A stretch of DNA of 64,000 bases from Myxococcota bacterium (GTDB taxonomy: Bacteria; Myxococcota_A; UBA796; GCA-2862545). Positions within the stretch are counted from its first letter, which is position 1, and every line of letters starts with the position of its first letter. Positions 56,430-64,000 of the stretch are shown piece by piece. The stretch lies in contig JBCCQY010000019.1 in NCBI GenBank assembly GCA_039208735.1, positions 17,310-81,309 on the forward strand, in the 5' to 3' direction. The notes under the pieces are model-generated. The model did no database searches. It saw only the letters and a program-made list of their open reading frames with translations, and was not told the origin of the DNA. A program made the translations under genes and the position numbers.

Positions 56430-56930
56430 ATGAGCAAGGCGGTGCGAATGGCCCGGAGAAAGAAGTCCACCCGCGAGCTGCCCGATTCTCAGGACGTCAA
56501 GCTCACCGAGCTGATCGAGGGACGTGGGAAGGCCGGTGACACAAAGTGGGTGCCCTTTTCATCGAGCGCCGATGCGCAACCCGACACTGCGGAGCTGATC
56601 GCAGATTCGGAGGCGATGGCGAAGGGCCGCCCCACCGAGATGCGATCCCGGCCGCGACCCACCGCGGGCCAGCGACCCGCTCCGCAGACCAACGAAGTCC
56701 TCGAACCAGGTCGACGCAAGCGTGCCTCGGCACGCACCACCGTGCTCACACCAGAGGTGCCCCAACCCGAAACCGAACCCCGTCCCAAGCCACGACGCTC
56801 GGGCATCACGGGTTGGGTCAGCAGTCGAACGGAGCTCGTTCGATTGAGTCCGATGGCAAACGGACTGGTCGTCCTTTTGCTGCTTACCACCATGCTGGTG
56901 GCGTTTGGTGCCGTGTTGCTGAACCCCTAA
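56430..56930 (+). CDS. Disordered protein with C-terminal TM anchor
   Basis: TM LVVLLLLTTMLVAFGAVLL; TAATG junction region. Confidence 0.6.
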   Translation: MSKAVRMARRKKSTRELPDSQDVKLTELIEGRGKAGDTKWVPFSSSADAQPDTAELIADSEAMAKGRPTEMRSRPRPTAGQRPAPQTNEVLEPGRRKRASARTTVLTPEVPQPETEPRPKPRRSGITGWVSSRTELVRLSPMANGLVVLLLLTTMLVAFGAVLLNP

Positions 56931-56942
56931 TGGAGTGCCCGA

Positions 56943-57596
56943 ATGAACCCTGTTGCCGCCTTTGCGATGTTGTCAGTGGGCCCTCACCATGGCTCTGATG
57001 TGCCGAGCGATACTGCGTCGCGCACCTGGCATGCGCTCGTCGAGGCCCGGAATGGCGCTTGGTCACTGCAGCCGGTCAAAGTCACCGTCGAGACCGTCCG
57101 CGACGAGATGGTCGACCCCAAAGAAGGCCCGTTCACGGGTCGTGAGGTCCGTGCGACCAAGGTTGAAGGGCAGATTCGGATACTGATTTCGGGTGATCTC
57201 ACCCCAGGTCCCCTCCAAGTCGCCAACCCCAAGCCCACACGGCTTTGGCCCGGTCAACATCAGCGCCTGACCGTAGGCCAACACTGGATCGCCCTCTCGG
57301 CCTTCGGCACCGTTCCCAAACCCTCGGGGAGTTCCGGAGCATTCCTCCATTCGTTTGGCCTCTTGGCGACAACGGAAGGTGACCGGCGCAACCCCGTGAC
57401 CCTTTTTGAGAACGCGGTGGACGATGCCCATCCCAGCGCCTGGTTCGTAGGCGACCTCGACCGCGACGGATTCCCAGACGTCATCGCTCAAACGTCGCCA
57501 AAATACAGTTTTTCCCAGACGACTTTGCTACTGTCGTCCCCATCGAACGGCAAGAGCCTTACCACGGTCGCGGTCTACGCTGAGTACGGGTGCTGA
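56943..57596 (+). CDS. Hypothetical exported protein with one FG-GAP-like motif
   Basis: RBS GGAG; WFVGDLDRDGFPDV; ends YGC. Confidence 0.7.
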   Translation: MNPVAAFAMLSVGPHHGSDVPSDTASRTWHALVEARNGAWSLQPVKVTVETVRDEMVDPKEGPFTGREVRATKVEGQIRILISGDLTPGPLQVANPKPTRLWPGQHQRLTVGQHWIALSAFGTVPKPSGSSGAFLHSFGLLATTEGDRRNPVTLFENAVDDAHPSAWFVGDLDRDGFPDVIAQTSPKYSFSQTTLLLSSPSNGKSLTTVAVYAEYGC

Positions 57597-57694
57597 TCGT
57601 TCACCCCATGTGGCGGCTTCTTGAGGGTCTCTGATCTTCCACCATGGTAAGGTTCCGCCGCCCCGGAGTCGTGGGAAGGTGCGGCATCGAACGG

Positions 57695-59212
57695 ATGCGG
57701 GAGTTGGTTGGAGTTCTGACTGTGGATTGCACGGTCGAGGACCTCCTTCACCTCATGAATGAGCACCCGGACGCCGCGGAACTCCGAACGGTCATTCAAC
57801 CCAATTTGGCCGTGCGAGAGCTGGCGTTTGCTCTTGTAGATGCAGTGGACAATCGGGGTGCCATCGAGGCGTTGCTGCAGGCCTTCGCGGTCATGCGTCC
57901 GTCGAGAACGTCACTCCTCATTGAGCTTGCCGAGGCGAATGGGTGGGAAGCGACCGCTGAGGCTCTCCGCCAAAGCAATCCCGTCACCCAAGAACCCGTT
58001 GGTTCGTGGCCAGGATGGACTTGGCTGTTTCGACCTGCCACCCGGCTGGCCTGGGGCCTTGGGCTGTTCGGAGCCCTCGTCTTGAGCCTCATCGTCTGGG
58101 CCGCGAGCCCTCTCGAGGGAATGTCGACGGCGGCCACTGCATATCTGTGGAACGGGCTGCGTCTCGACGGACATACCGAGCTTCACGACGATCTAATGGT
58201 GCGGAAGCTGCGGCTGGAAGACGCCGATCCGTGCGCGATCCGAGGGTGGGTGTTGGAAGAGATCCGGTCGCTAACGGAGCGGTCCGCGCGTGTCGTGGCC
58301 GCTCACATCAACCTCGACCCCACCCGAAACTGTGCCTTTCCCAGGCGGGCTCCGCTCCCTGTGGACGCCGCTTCGAAGACCGAGGTGGTGTTGGGCTCCG
58401 ACCAGCCCCAAGGCGACGAAAGCACCACGTCGCGTAGGTCTCCGACGATCGACGTCCAATCGAGATCGGGGCAACCCCGCTTTGGCACCACGTGCTACGC
58501 CAATCGGCCTTGGGGCATCGTCGAGCTGACCGGCCTAGTGACGAAGCAAGCGCATCTGGATGCTCCGTTCACCACGATTTTACCTGGCTTCTCGCTCGCG
58601 GCCTTTCTTTCGACCGAAGAACCCACCGCCATCGAGGCCCAGACCACCCCAAGGGGCGATGAACTCATCACCCCGGGGGGCACAAGGCTTCCCGTCTTCA
58701 CGTTGTTTGAGCGATTCCGAGCGGCCGATAGCTGCAAGGCGGAACCCGCGGGCTCGACCATCTGGCGCCTCGCGTTCGTCCCTTCGTCCGACGCCGCCCT
58801 GCATGATCCGACTCGCGATGTCGCAGAAACCGGGTCCCTCGAGGGCAAGATCGTCGTCATCGCAGAGGTCAGCGATGCTCTTACCCACGGTCGCCAGAAC
58901 TACGAACGCCACCTCGATGCCCTCGACGCACTACTGGAGAGCCGCCTCCTCCGACGACCGTCGATGCCAACCGGCCTGGGCGCGTTGCTGTTGTCAGGAC
59001 TTGGCGGCCTTGCCATCGCCATGAGCGTCTTACGACCCTGGCTCAAAGACGGGTTTGCCGCGCTCGGCATGGCTGGCATCTGGGTCCTTGGAACAGGCGT
59101 GCTGTACCTTTTTGCTCAACGCACGGTCCTCGGCATGTTCGATGGTCCCCTTGTCGCGGTCCTGACCTTCGTGTCCGCTCGACTCGTGCTCAGCTGGTCT
59201 ATCCGCAAATGA
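57695..59212 (+). CDS. EAD-like N-terminal domain - TM - CHASE2-like sensor - 3 TM, with no C-terminal output domain
   Basis: ELAFALVDAVDNRGAIEALLQAFAVMRPSR, TM, ARVVAAHI, LEGKIVVI, HLDALDALL, three terminal TMs. Alternative start 57644. Confidence 0.7.
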   Translation: MRELVGVLTVDCTVEDLLHLMNEHPDAAELRTVIQPNLAVRELAFALVDAVDNRGAIEALLQAFAVMRPSRTSLLIELAEANGWEATAEALRQSNPVTQEPVGSWPGWTWLFRPATRLAWGLGLFGALVLSLIVWAASPLEGMSTAATAYLWNGLRLDGHTELHDDLMVRKLRLEDADPCAIRGWVLEEIRSLTERSARVVAAHINLDPTRNCAFPRRAPLPVDAASKTEVVLGSDQPQGDESTTSRRSPTIDVQSRSGQPRFGTTCYANRPWGIVELTGLVTKQAHLDAPFTTILPGFSLAAFLSTEEPTAIEAQTTPRGDELITPGGTRLPVFTLFERFRAADSCKAEPAGSTIWRLAFVPSSDAALHDPTRDVAETGSLEGKIVVIAEVSDALTHGRQNYERHLDALDALLESRLLRRPSMPTGLGALLLSGLGGLAIAMSVLRPWLKDGFAALGMAGIWVLGTGVLYLFAQRTVLGMFDGPLVAVLTFVSARLVLSWSIRK

Positions 59213-61086
59213 AACCTCTGTTCTGGCTTACCTGCGCCCTGTTTCTCTTGAGCAGCTGCCGACGCGTCCATCGCGTGCTGACCCAATGCTCGGGCCAACC
59301 CGATGCCGAAACGTGTACGCGATGGCGCGGGGGCGAGGCGGACATCGAAATCAAGCGAGGAGATACCTCGGTCCCGCTCCGGGAAGGCCTGAAACTCCTG
59401 GATGGCGATACCATCACGGTCGGCGACGACCATGTCGTCATTCTGAGGTTTCGCCCTGGCGTTCAATTGGCGGTCATGCCGGGTTCACGCGTCTCGATTC
59501 GAAGCTTCCACCTCGAATTCGGCAAGGTGTTGATCCGCATTCGCGACTACATCCGGCGAAAGATGGGCGTTCGGTACGAAAGCTACGAAGCGGCACCTGA
59601 CCGAACCGAGTTCTCGTGCGCCGTCGAGGAGGGGGGAGACTTCATCGTTGAAGTGCTCGAGGGCACGGTTCGAGTGACCGACGCCGACGCGGACGAGCTT
59701 CTCGCCAGCGTGCCCGCCGGGTCGCGAGTCGCGGTCGGCCGGACCATCCCCGACCCGAGCGCCATCACCGTGACCCCGGTGGACGCGGATGTGCTGCGAC
59801 GCCAGACCCAAGCCTGGAACCGGATCGAATTGGCCGCCCATCCCGAGCGTCCCCGGCTGCTCGTGCCGGACGTGCAGGGACTGCAGAAGATCGACGCCAT
59901 TGACGTCCTGGACCAGGCACGGCTCCGCAACGTCGAAGTGGATTGGGTGCCTGGCGCAGCCATTCTTACAGGCAAGGTGCTGAACCAGCGACCGTTGCCG
60001 GGCCAACGGGTGCGAAAGGGGCGCAACATTCGGCTCGAAGCCGTCTCGGAATCCATCACGATGCCCAGCCTCCTGCGACAACGACGACGAGAGGCCGAGG
60101 CCCAGCTTAAGGAACTCAAGCTCGTTCCGAGGGACAACGTCCGAGCAACGGTCACCTGCCGCGTGCCCTCGGGAACGGTGAGCCGTCAGCGTCCCGAGGT
60201 CGGCGAAACCGTGACGCGAGGCACCAAGGTACGGCTTTGGATCGAAGGTCCTTCGACCCGCGTGCCTCCCGTCGTTGACCAAGACCCAAAAGAAGCCCTC
60301 CGGCTCCTCACGAACGCGGGGCTGCAAGGCTCAACGAAAGACGTGGAGTCAACTGCGGTGAAGAAACGTACGGTAACGGCTTCGGACCCGCCGGTGAACA
60401 CCTGCGTCAGCACCAGCCAGGCGGTGTCCCTAACCGTGGCCCTTCCGGCGCGAGAGGTTCCTCCGCTTTCAAGGCCGGCTCTCCCCGCAAAGGACGCCCA
60501 AGCCGAGTTGGAGAACCAGGGCTTCATCGTTTCTACCGCCATGCGGCCTGCGAATTGTGCAAGGTACCGAGGGCCTTCGGGTCGCGTTGCCCACACCATC
60601 CCTGAGGCTGGTGAATTGGTGCTGCTCGAGAGGCCGGTGGTTAGCCTGGCGCGATTTGCACCGAGCGCACGGGTACCCGAAATCATACGGACGCCCCCCG
60701 CGACCGCAAGGCGGCGTCTCGCAGGGGTTAAACTCCGATCCCGCGAAATCGAGGTCGAAGTGCGCCGGGACTATCAAGGTGGCAAGTACCACATCCCGCT
60801 GGTTCAAGGCTCCCAACCTGGCGAAGGGCGATGGGCTTGCCTCTCGGAACCGGTGGAAGTGACCATCGAAGTGCCGGTCTATCGGTTGCCTGACGTGGTT
60901 TCGTTAGGAGAGGCGGCGGCCCGGAGGCAGGTCGAGCAAGCGGGCTTCGTCGTCGAAGTCCAGTACGCGAAACCCCGGTGTGACAAAGGAAGAAACGCGG
61001 TCTGCGCCCAGACTCCGGCGGCAAACCAGGACTACGCACCCGGCACGAAGGTCACCCTCACCGTGAACCAAGTCATCCCGAGATAG
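59209..61086 (+). CDS. Lipoprotein with FecR-like domain and six PASTA-like repeats
   Basis: Lipobox LSSC; LLDGDTITVG, TEF, VEVLEGTVRV; repeats VPDVQG, MPSLL, VPPVV, VPPLS, VPEII, LPDVV. ATGA overlap. Confidence 0.85.
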   Translation: MKPLFWLTCALFLLSSCRRVHRVLTQCSGQPDAETCTRWRGGEADIEIKRGDTSVPLREGLKLLDGDTITVGDDHVVILRFRPGVQLAVMPGSRVSIRSFHLEFGKVLIRIRDYIRRKMGVRYESYEAAPDRTEFSCAVEEGGDFIVEVLEGTVRVTDADADELLASVPAGSRVAVGRTIPDPSAITVTPVDADVLRRQTQAWNRIELAAHPERPRLLVPDVQGLQKIDAIDVLDQARLRNVEVDWVPGAAILTGKVLNQRPLPGQRVRKGRNIRLEAVSESITMPSLLRQRRREAEAQLKELKLVPRDNVRATVTCRVPSGTVSRQRPEVGETVTRGTKVRLWIEGPSTRVPPVVDQDPKEALRLLTNAGLQGSTKDVESTAVKKRTVTASDPPVNTCVSTSQAVSLTVALPAREVPPLSRPALPAKDAQAELENQGFIVSTAMRPANCARYRGPSGRVAHTIPEAGELVLLERPVVSLARFAPSARVPEIIRTPPATARRRLAGVKLRSREIEVEVRRDYQGGKYHIPLVQGSQPGEGRWACLSEPVEVTIEVPVYRLPDVVSLGEAAARRQVEQAGFVVEVQYAKPRCDKGRNAVCAQTPAANQDYAPGTKVTLTVNQVIPR

Positions 61087-61108
61087 CACCACACGTTACC
61101 GGTTGTTC

Positions 61109-61699
61109 ATGCCAAAGAAGAGGTACCATCACGGCAATCTACGCGAAGCGCTCGTGCGGGCCGCGACGGAATTGGTCGAAGAAAGCGGTGCAGAAGCCTT
61201 CACGCTGGCTGCGGCAAGCCGCTCCGTCGGAGTCACCCACGCCGCGGCCTACAAGCACTTTGCCGACCGAACCGCGCTGCTTCATGCCGTCAGCAGTTAC
61301 GGCATGCAGGCCTTCGGCGACGTCCTCCAGGCCGCGTTTGAGCAACACGACGACCCAGAGGCGCAGTACCTGGCGACGGGCCGTGCGGTGGTTTCGTTCG
61401 CATCGCGTCGCCCCCACCTCTATCGGCTGTCGTTCAGCAGCATCCGCCGCGACGATCTCACGACGCTCTCCGCTCCTCCTGAGGGTACCGCCTTGGCTCG
61501 CTTCATCGCCATGATCGAGGTCTGGCAGACGAAGGGCTGGCTCAAGGACGGCGACCCCTCGCATTGGGCCCTCGTGTTGTGGACGAGCGCCCATGGCCTC
61601 GCCATGCTCGTGGCAAGCGGTCGCCTCGATGTGAGTCCCACCGCTGCGCAGGAGCTGTCCGACGAGGTGCTACGGAGCGTCCACGCCGGCATCGGATGA
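61109..61699 (+). CDS. TetR family regulator (WHG-type C-terminus)
   Basis: YHHGNLREAL, GVTHAAAYKHF, WTSAHGLA. Confidence 0.93.
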   Translation: MPKKRYHHGNLREALVRAATELVEESGAEAFTLAAASRSVGVTHAAAYKHFADRTALLHAVSSYGMQAFGDVLQAAFEQHDDPEAQYLATGRAVVSFASRRPHLYRLSFSSIRRDDLTTLSAPPEGTALARFIAMIEVWQTKGWLKDGDPSHWALVLWTSAHGLAMLVASGRLDVSPTAAQELSDEVLRSVHAGIG

Positions 61700-62485
61700 A
61701 CACACCGGGTCGGCATCGCGCCTCGTGGGGCGCAGGCGAGCCGTGGTCACCGCACCGGCCTCGGTGGGCACCACCTCGCAGGCGAACCGCTCATCGACAC
61801 CATCGCCACGGTGCCCCCAGAGTTCGACCCGCACCTCCCCCTCGGGGAGGTTCGCGAGGAACGTTCGGCCATCCTGGTTCGTGCCCGAGCGACCGATGCC
61901 GGGAAACCCTTCCCCGCGGTTGAAGTACGCAACCACGAGATCGGTAAGTTCCGTGCCGTCGGGGCCAAACACCCGAGGTCGCAGGTTGGCAACAGGCGTT
62001 TCCGTACAATCCACACCTCGAATCACCGCCTTCGCAAGCGCATGGTCCGGCCGGCCCCGGGCGAAGCTGAAGATGGCCCGCATGCTGTCGTCGAACAAAG
62101 CATTGAGAAATCCCGCATCGTCGGGAGGGTGCACGGCTCCAACCTCGATCGTCGTCATGCGTCGATCCTCGGCGTCCGCGGGCTCCCCCACCACTCGATA
62201 GGCAAACCAGCCGCGAGGAACGGTCACATCGACAAGTCCGGCGCCGTCAGCCACGCGTTCCACACACGGGGGCCGGCACTCGTCGGTCACGTCTCCGTCG
62301 GCAAACAACTGCACCGTCGCACCGGCGTAGGTCTCCTCATCTGTGGGCCCACGAACCTCGTACGTCACGGTTACTTCCTCACCGGCCACAGGCGCCGAGA
62401 TCTCGTCCAAACACGAATAGTCGCCTTCCACCGGGCCACCTCCACCGCCACAACCCACCAACGACCACCACAGCGTCCACATCAT
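61670..62485 (-). CDS. Hypothetical lipoprotein (beta-sandwich-like)
   Basis: RBS GGAGGA, lipobox LVGC. Confidence 0.75.
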   Translation of the reverse strand: MMWTLWWSLVGCGGGGGPVEGDYSCLDEISAPVAGEEVTVTYEVRGPTDEETYAGATVQLFADGDVTDECRPPCVERVADGAGLVDVTVPRGWFAYRVVGEPADAEDRRMTTIEVGAVHPPDDAGFLNALFDDSMRAIFSFARGRPDHALAKAVIRGVDCTETPVANLRPRVFGPDGTELTDLVVAYFNRGEGFPGIGRSGTNQDGRTFLANLPEGEVRVELWGHRGDGVDERFACEVVPTEAGAVTTARLRPTRRDADPVCSSDAGVDAP

Positions 62486-62502
62486 CACGTCCTCCATCGG
62501 GC

Positions 62503-62521
62503 AAGTTACGATACGTAACTT
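62503..62521. promoter_or_regulatory. Perfect palindrome AAGTTACG-ATA-CGTAACTT; candidate TetR operator
   Basis: AT-rich, directly upstream of the lipoprotein RBS. Confidence 0.65.
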
Positions 62522-62561
62522 ACGCGATGTTACTTTGCGATCCTTTAGGAAGGACGTCAAC

Positions 62562-63041
62562 TCAAAGTTGGGCTGGAGGATGACAGGGAGGATTGAGTTC
62601 CGCTTTCGCCGCGGCAAGGGCAGCCGCTTTCTTGGCCCGTCCTTCTGCCGAAAGCCGATAGAAGAACCGCTTGATTCGCCAAAGGGGGCCCATCTGCCAA
62701 CCTCGGATGATGCCGTAGTAGACAGGGCCATCCTTCAGGGTCACCAACCGCCGTTGGGTGCTCCGTCCATCCACATCGACCTTGTCGATCGAGACGGCAT
62801 GCCACCCCTCCTGGGTGATTCCAAATGCATAGGTGCCACGTTCCATGTTTTCGATTCGAACTTGACCACGCGCATCGACGGCGAACGTCTGAACGTCCTC
62901 ACCCTTTCGACACATGGCCACCTGGGCTTTGGTCTGTGGAAGCCCGAAGGTGTCGTCGACAATGGTCAGTTCGACAACACCAGAGGCGGAAGGCGTCGCC
63001 TCAGCCACGAGCGAGAACAGGAGAGCGGCGAAGATACGCAT
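62562..63041 (-). CDS. Secreted carboxypeptidase-regulatory-like (beta-sandwich) protein
   Basis: RBS GGAG, signal peptide, VDARGQVRIENMERGTY..ITQEGW. Confidence 0.65.
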   Translation of the reverse strand: MRIFAALLFSLVAEATPSASGVVELTIVDDTFGLPQTKAQVAMCRKGEDVQTFAVDARGQVRIENMERGTYAFGITQEGWHAVSIDKVDVDGRSTQRRLVTLKDGPVYYGIIRGWQMGPLWRIKRFFYRLSAEGRAKKAAALAAAKAELNPPCHPPAQL

Positions 63042-63161
63042 GTGAACTCCATGAACACATCCACCCCGCGTAGTGGCCGCCGTCCAATTCAAGTTCACCG
63101 CGCGTGGGTCACTCGCAGCGGGGAGTGGTCCGTTCGAGCGCAGCGATGAGCGCGTCCAGGC

Positions 63162-63941
63162 CTATGGATACTCCAGAGCACGAAGGTCTGAAAGGCCGAT
63201 GGAGACCTCTGATCGAGCAAGACCACCAACGGCGAGCACGTCATCGGGCAGCGAACCCCATGCGGCGTACAAGCGCTCACCCAGGGCCATGGCGGCAGGC
63301 AGGTCGATCCCCGCCAGCTCGAAAAGGTGGTCTTCCGCCCGCGCCAAGTACCCCAGCCGATCCAGCACTCGCACGAGGCAACCCCGGACCTCTGCAGCCA
63401 ATGCGAGGGCGTCGATGGCATCACAACTCACGGTGGCCGAGGTCCGGTAAGGGGCGAGCTTGGCCGGATCCGAGGTGCTGCCTCGATCGTAAAGCACGAC
63501 TGCGCGCTGGTGGAGGTTCTCTCGGACGAAACGGTCGTCGAGCTGTTCCTCCGCCATTTCTGTCATCGTTTGGGCACCCTGCAACGTCGCAGAGTCCGAA
63601 GGGGTCCCCACCGCAAGGACACTCAAGATCATGGTCGCACTCATGAGGGCCAAAACGTTCGGAGACATAGAGCGTAGCTTGCCATCGGCAACCGCTTCCT
63701 CGTCCAGCTTCTGCTGTTGCGCTGGCCGCTGGCCGAACGTGGCCAGCCAATAAGCGAGGCCAGCCAAGCCTCGAATCAGATCCATCAAGTAATCACCTTG
63801 CACGGTCACCTCCACGCCCTTCATGGCCACGGGTCGCGAAACGGCAATCGGCCGAGGATCTGTTGATGGCTCGAATGTCAAACTCGGGGCGTCGACGGGC
63901 ACGACGGAGGAGACTGCTGCCCGTAGCCCTCCTCGAGTCAC
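63162..63941 (-). CDS. Hypothetical protein
   Basis: 259-codon ORF; GTGA overlap with an upstream partial CDS. Confidence 0.5.
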   Translation of the reverse strand: MTRGGLRAAVSSVVPVDAPSLTFEPSTDPRPIAVSRPVAMKGVEVTVQGDYLMDLIRGLAGLAYWLATFGQRPAQQQKLDEEAVADGKLRSMSPNVLALMSATMILSVLAVGTPSDSATLQGAQTMTEMAEEQLDDRFVRENLHQRAVVLYDRGSTSDPAKLAPYRTSATVSCDAIDALALAAEVRGCLVRVLDRLGYLARAEDHLFELAGIDLPAAMALGERLYAAWGSLPDDVLAVGGLARSEVSIGLSDLRALEYP

Positions 63942-64000
63942 CCGAATCCGCTAAACCGCGTGGTGAGGTCGTCGAGCACGGCCCGCACCGCCACCGGCAC
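63938..64000 (-). CDS. C-terminal end of a gene entering from outside the window (LysR-like tail)
   Basis: VPVAVRAVLDDLTTRFSGFG* resembles the LysR C-terminal helix (compare VLPAVRAFVDF in 49727..50623). Confidence 0.35.
   Translation of the reverse strand: MPVAVRAVLDDLTTRFSGFG

Noticed and set aside
1..64000. rRNA, tRNA, IS elements, integrases, prophage genes, and the many overlapping Arg/Pro-rich ORFs in the track
   Set aside because: None of these elements was recognised by eye. The extra ORFs are typical high-GC shadow frames of the called genes.

Overview
GC-rich, gene-dense 64 kb chromosomal window. The gene content suggests Myxococcota (inference): Ser/Thr kinase-TPR pairs, kinase- and wHTH-STAND ATPases, TIGR02996-like domains and many Cys-rich lipoproteins. 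No rRNA, tRNA, CRISPR array, transposase or integrase was recognised. All domain calls are by-eye motif recognition; no database searches were run. The best candidate for an undescribed system is the + strand cluster at 1-10219, which is open at the left edge. It encodes two paralogous, highly divergent Hsp70/actin-fold ATPases, one membrane-anchored and one soluble. These are followed by two paralogous proteins of an unknown family with a GrpE-like C-terminus, again one membrane-anchored and one soluble, and then a small TPR-like protein. Three of the four gene junctions are stop/start overlaps. Other highlights: (1) a signal-peptide-bearing TIR-like gene, an M91-like protease with a broken HExxH motif and a lipoprotein in one operon (54265-56322); (2) an EAD-like/CHASE2 receptor with no output domain, coupled to a FecR-6xPASTA lipoprotein (57695-61086); (3) a signal peptidase I paralog lacking the catalytic Ser; (4) a membrane TIR/NDT-like gene split by a G9 tract; (5) a GH5 remnant fused in frame to TetR; (6) a NusA-NTD-like module inside an unrelated protein; (7) several clean operator-like palindromes.
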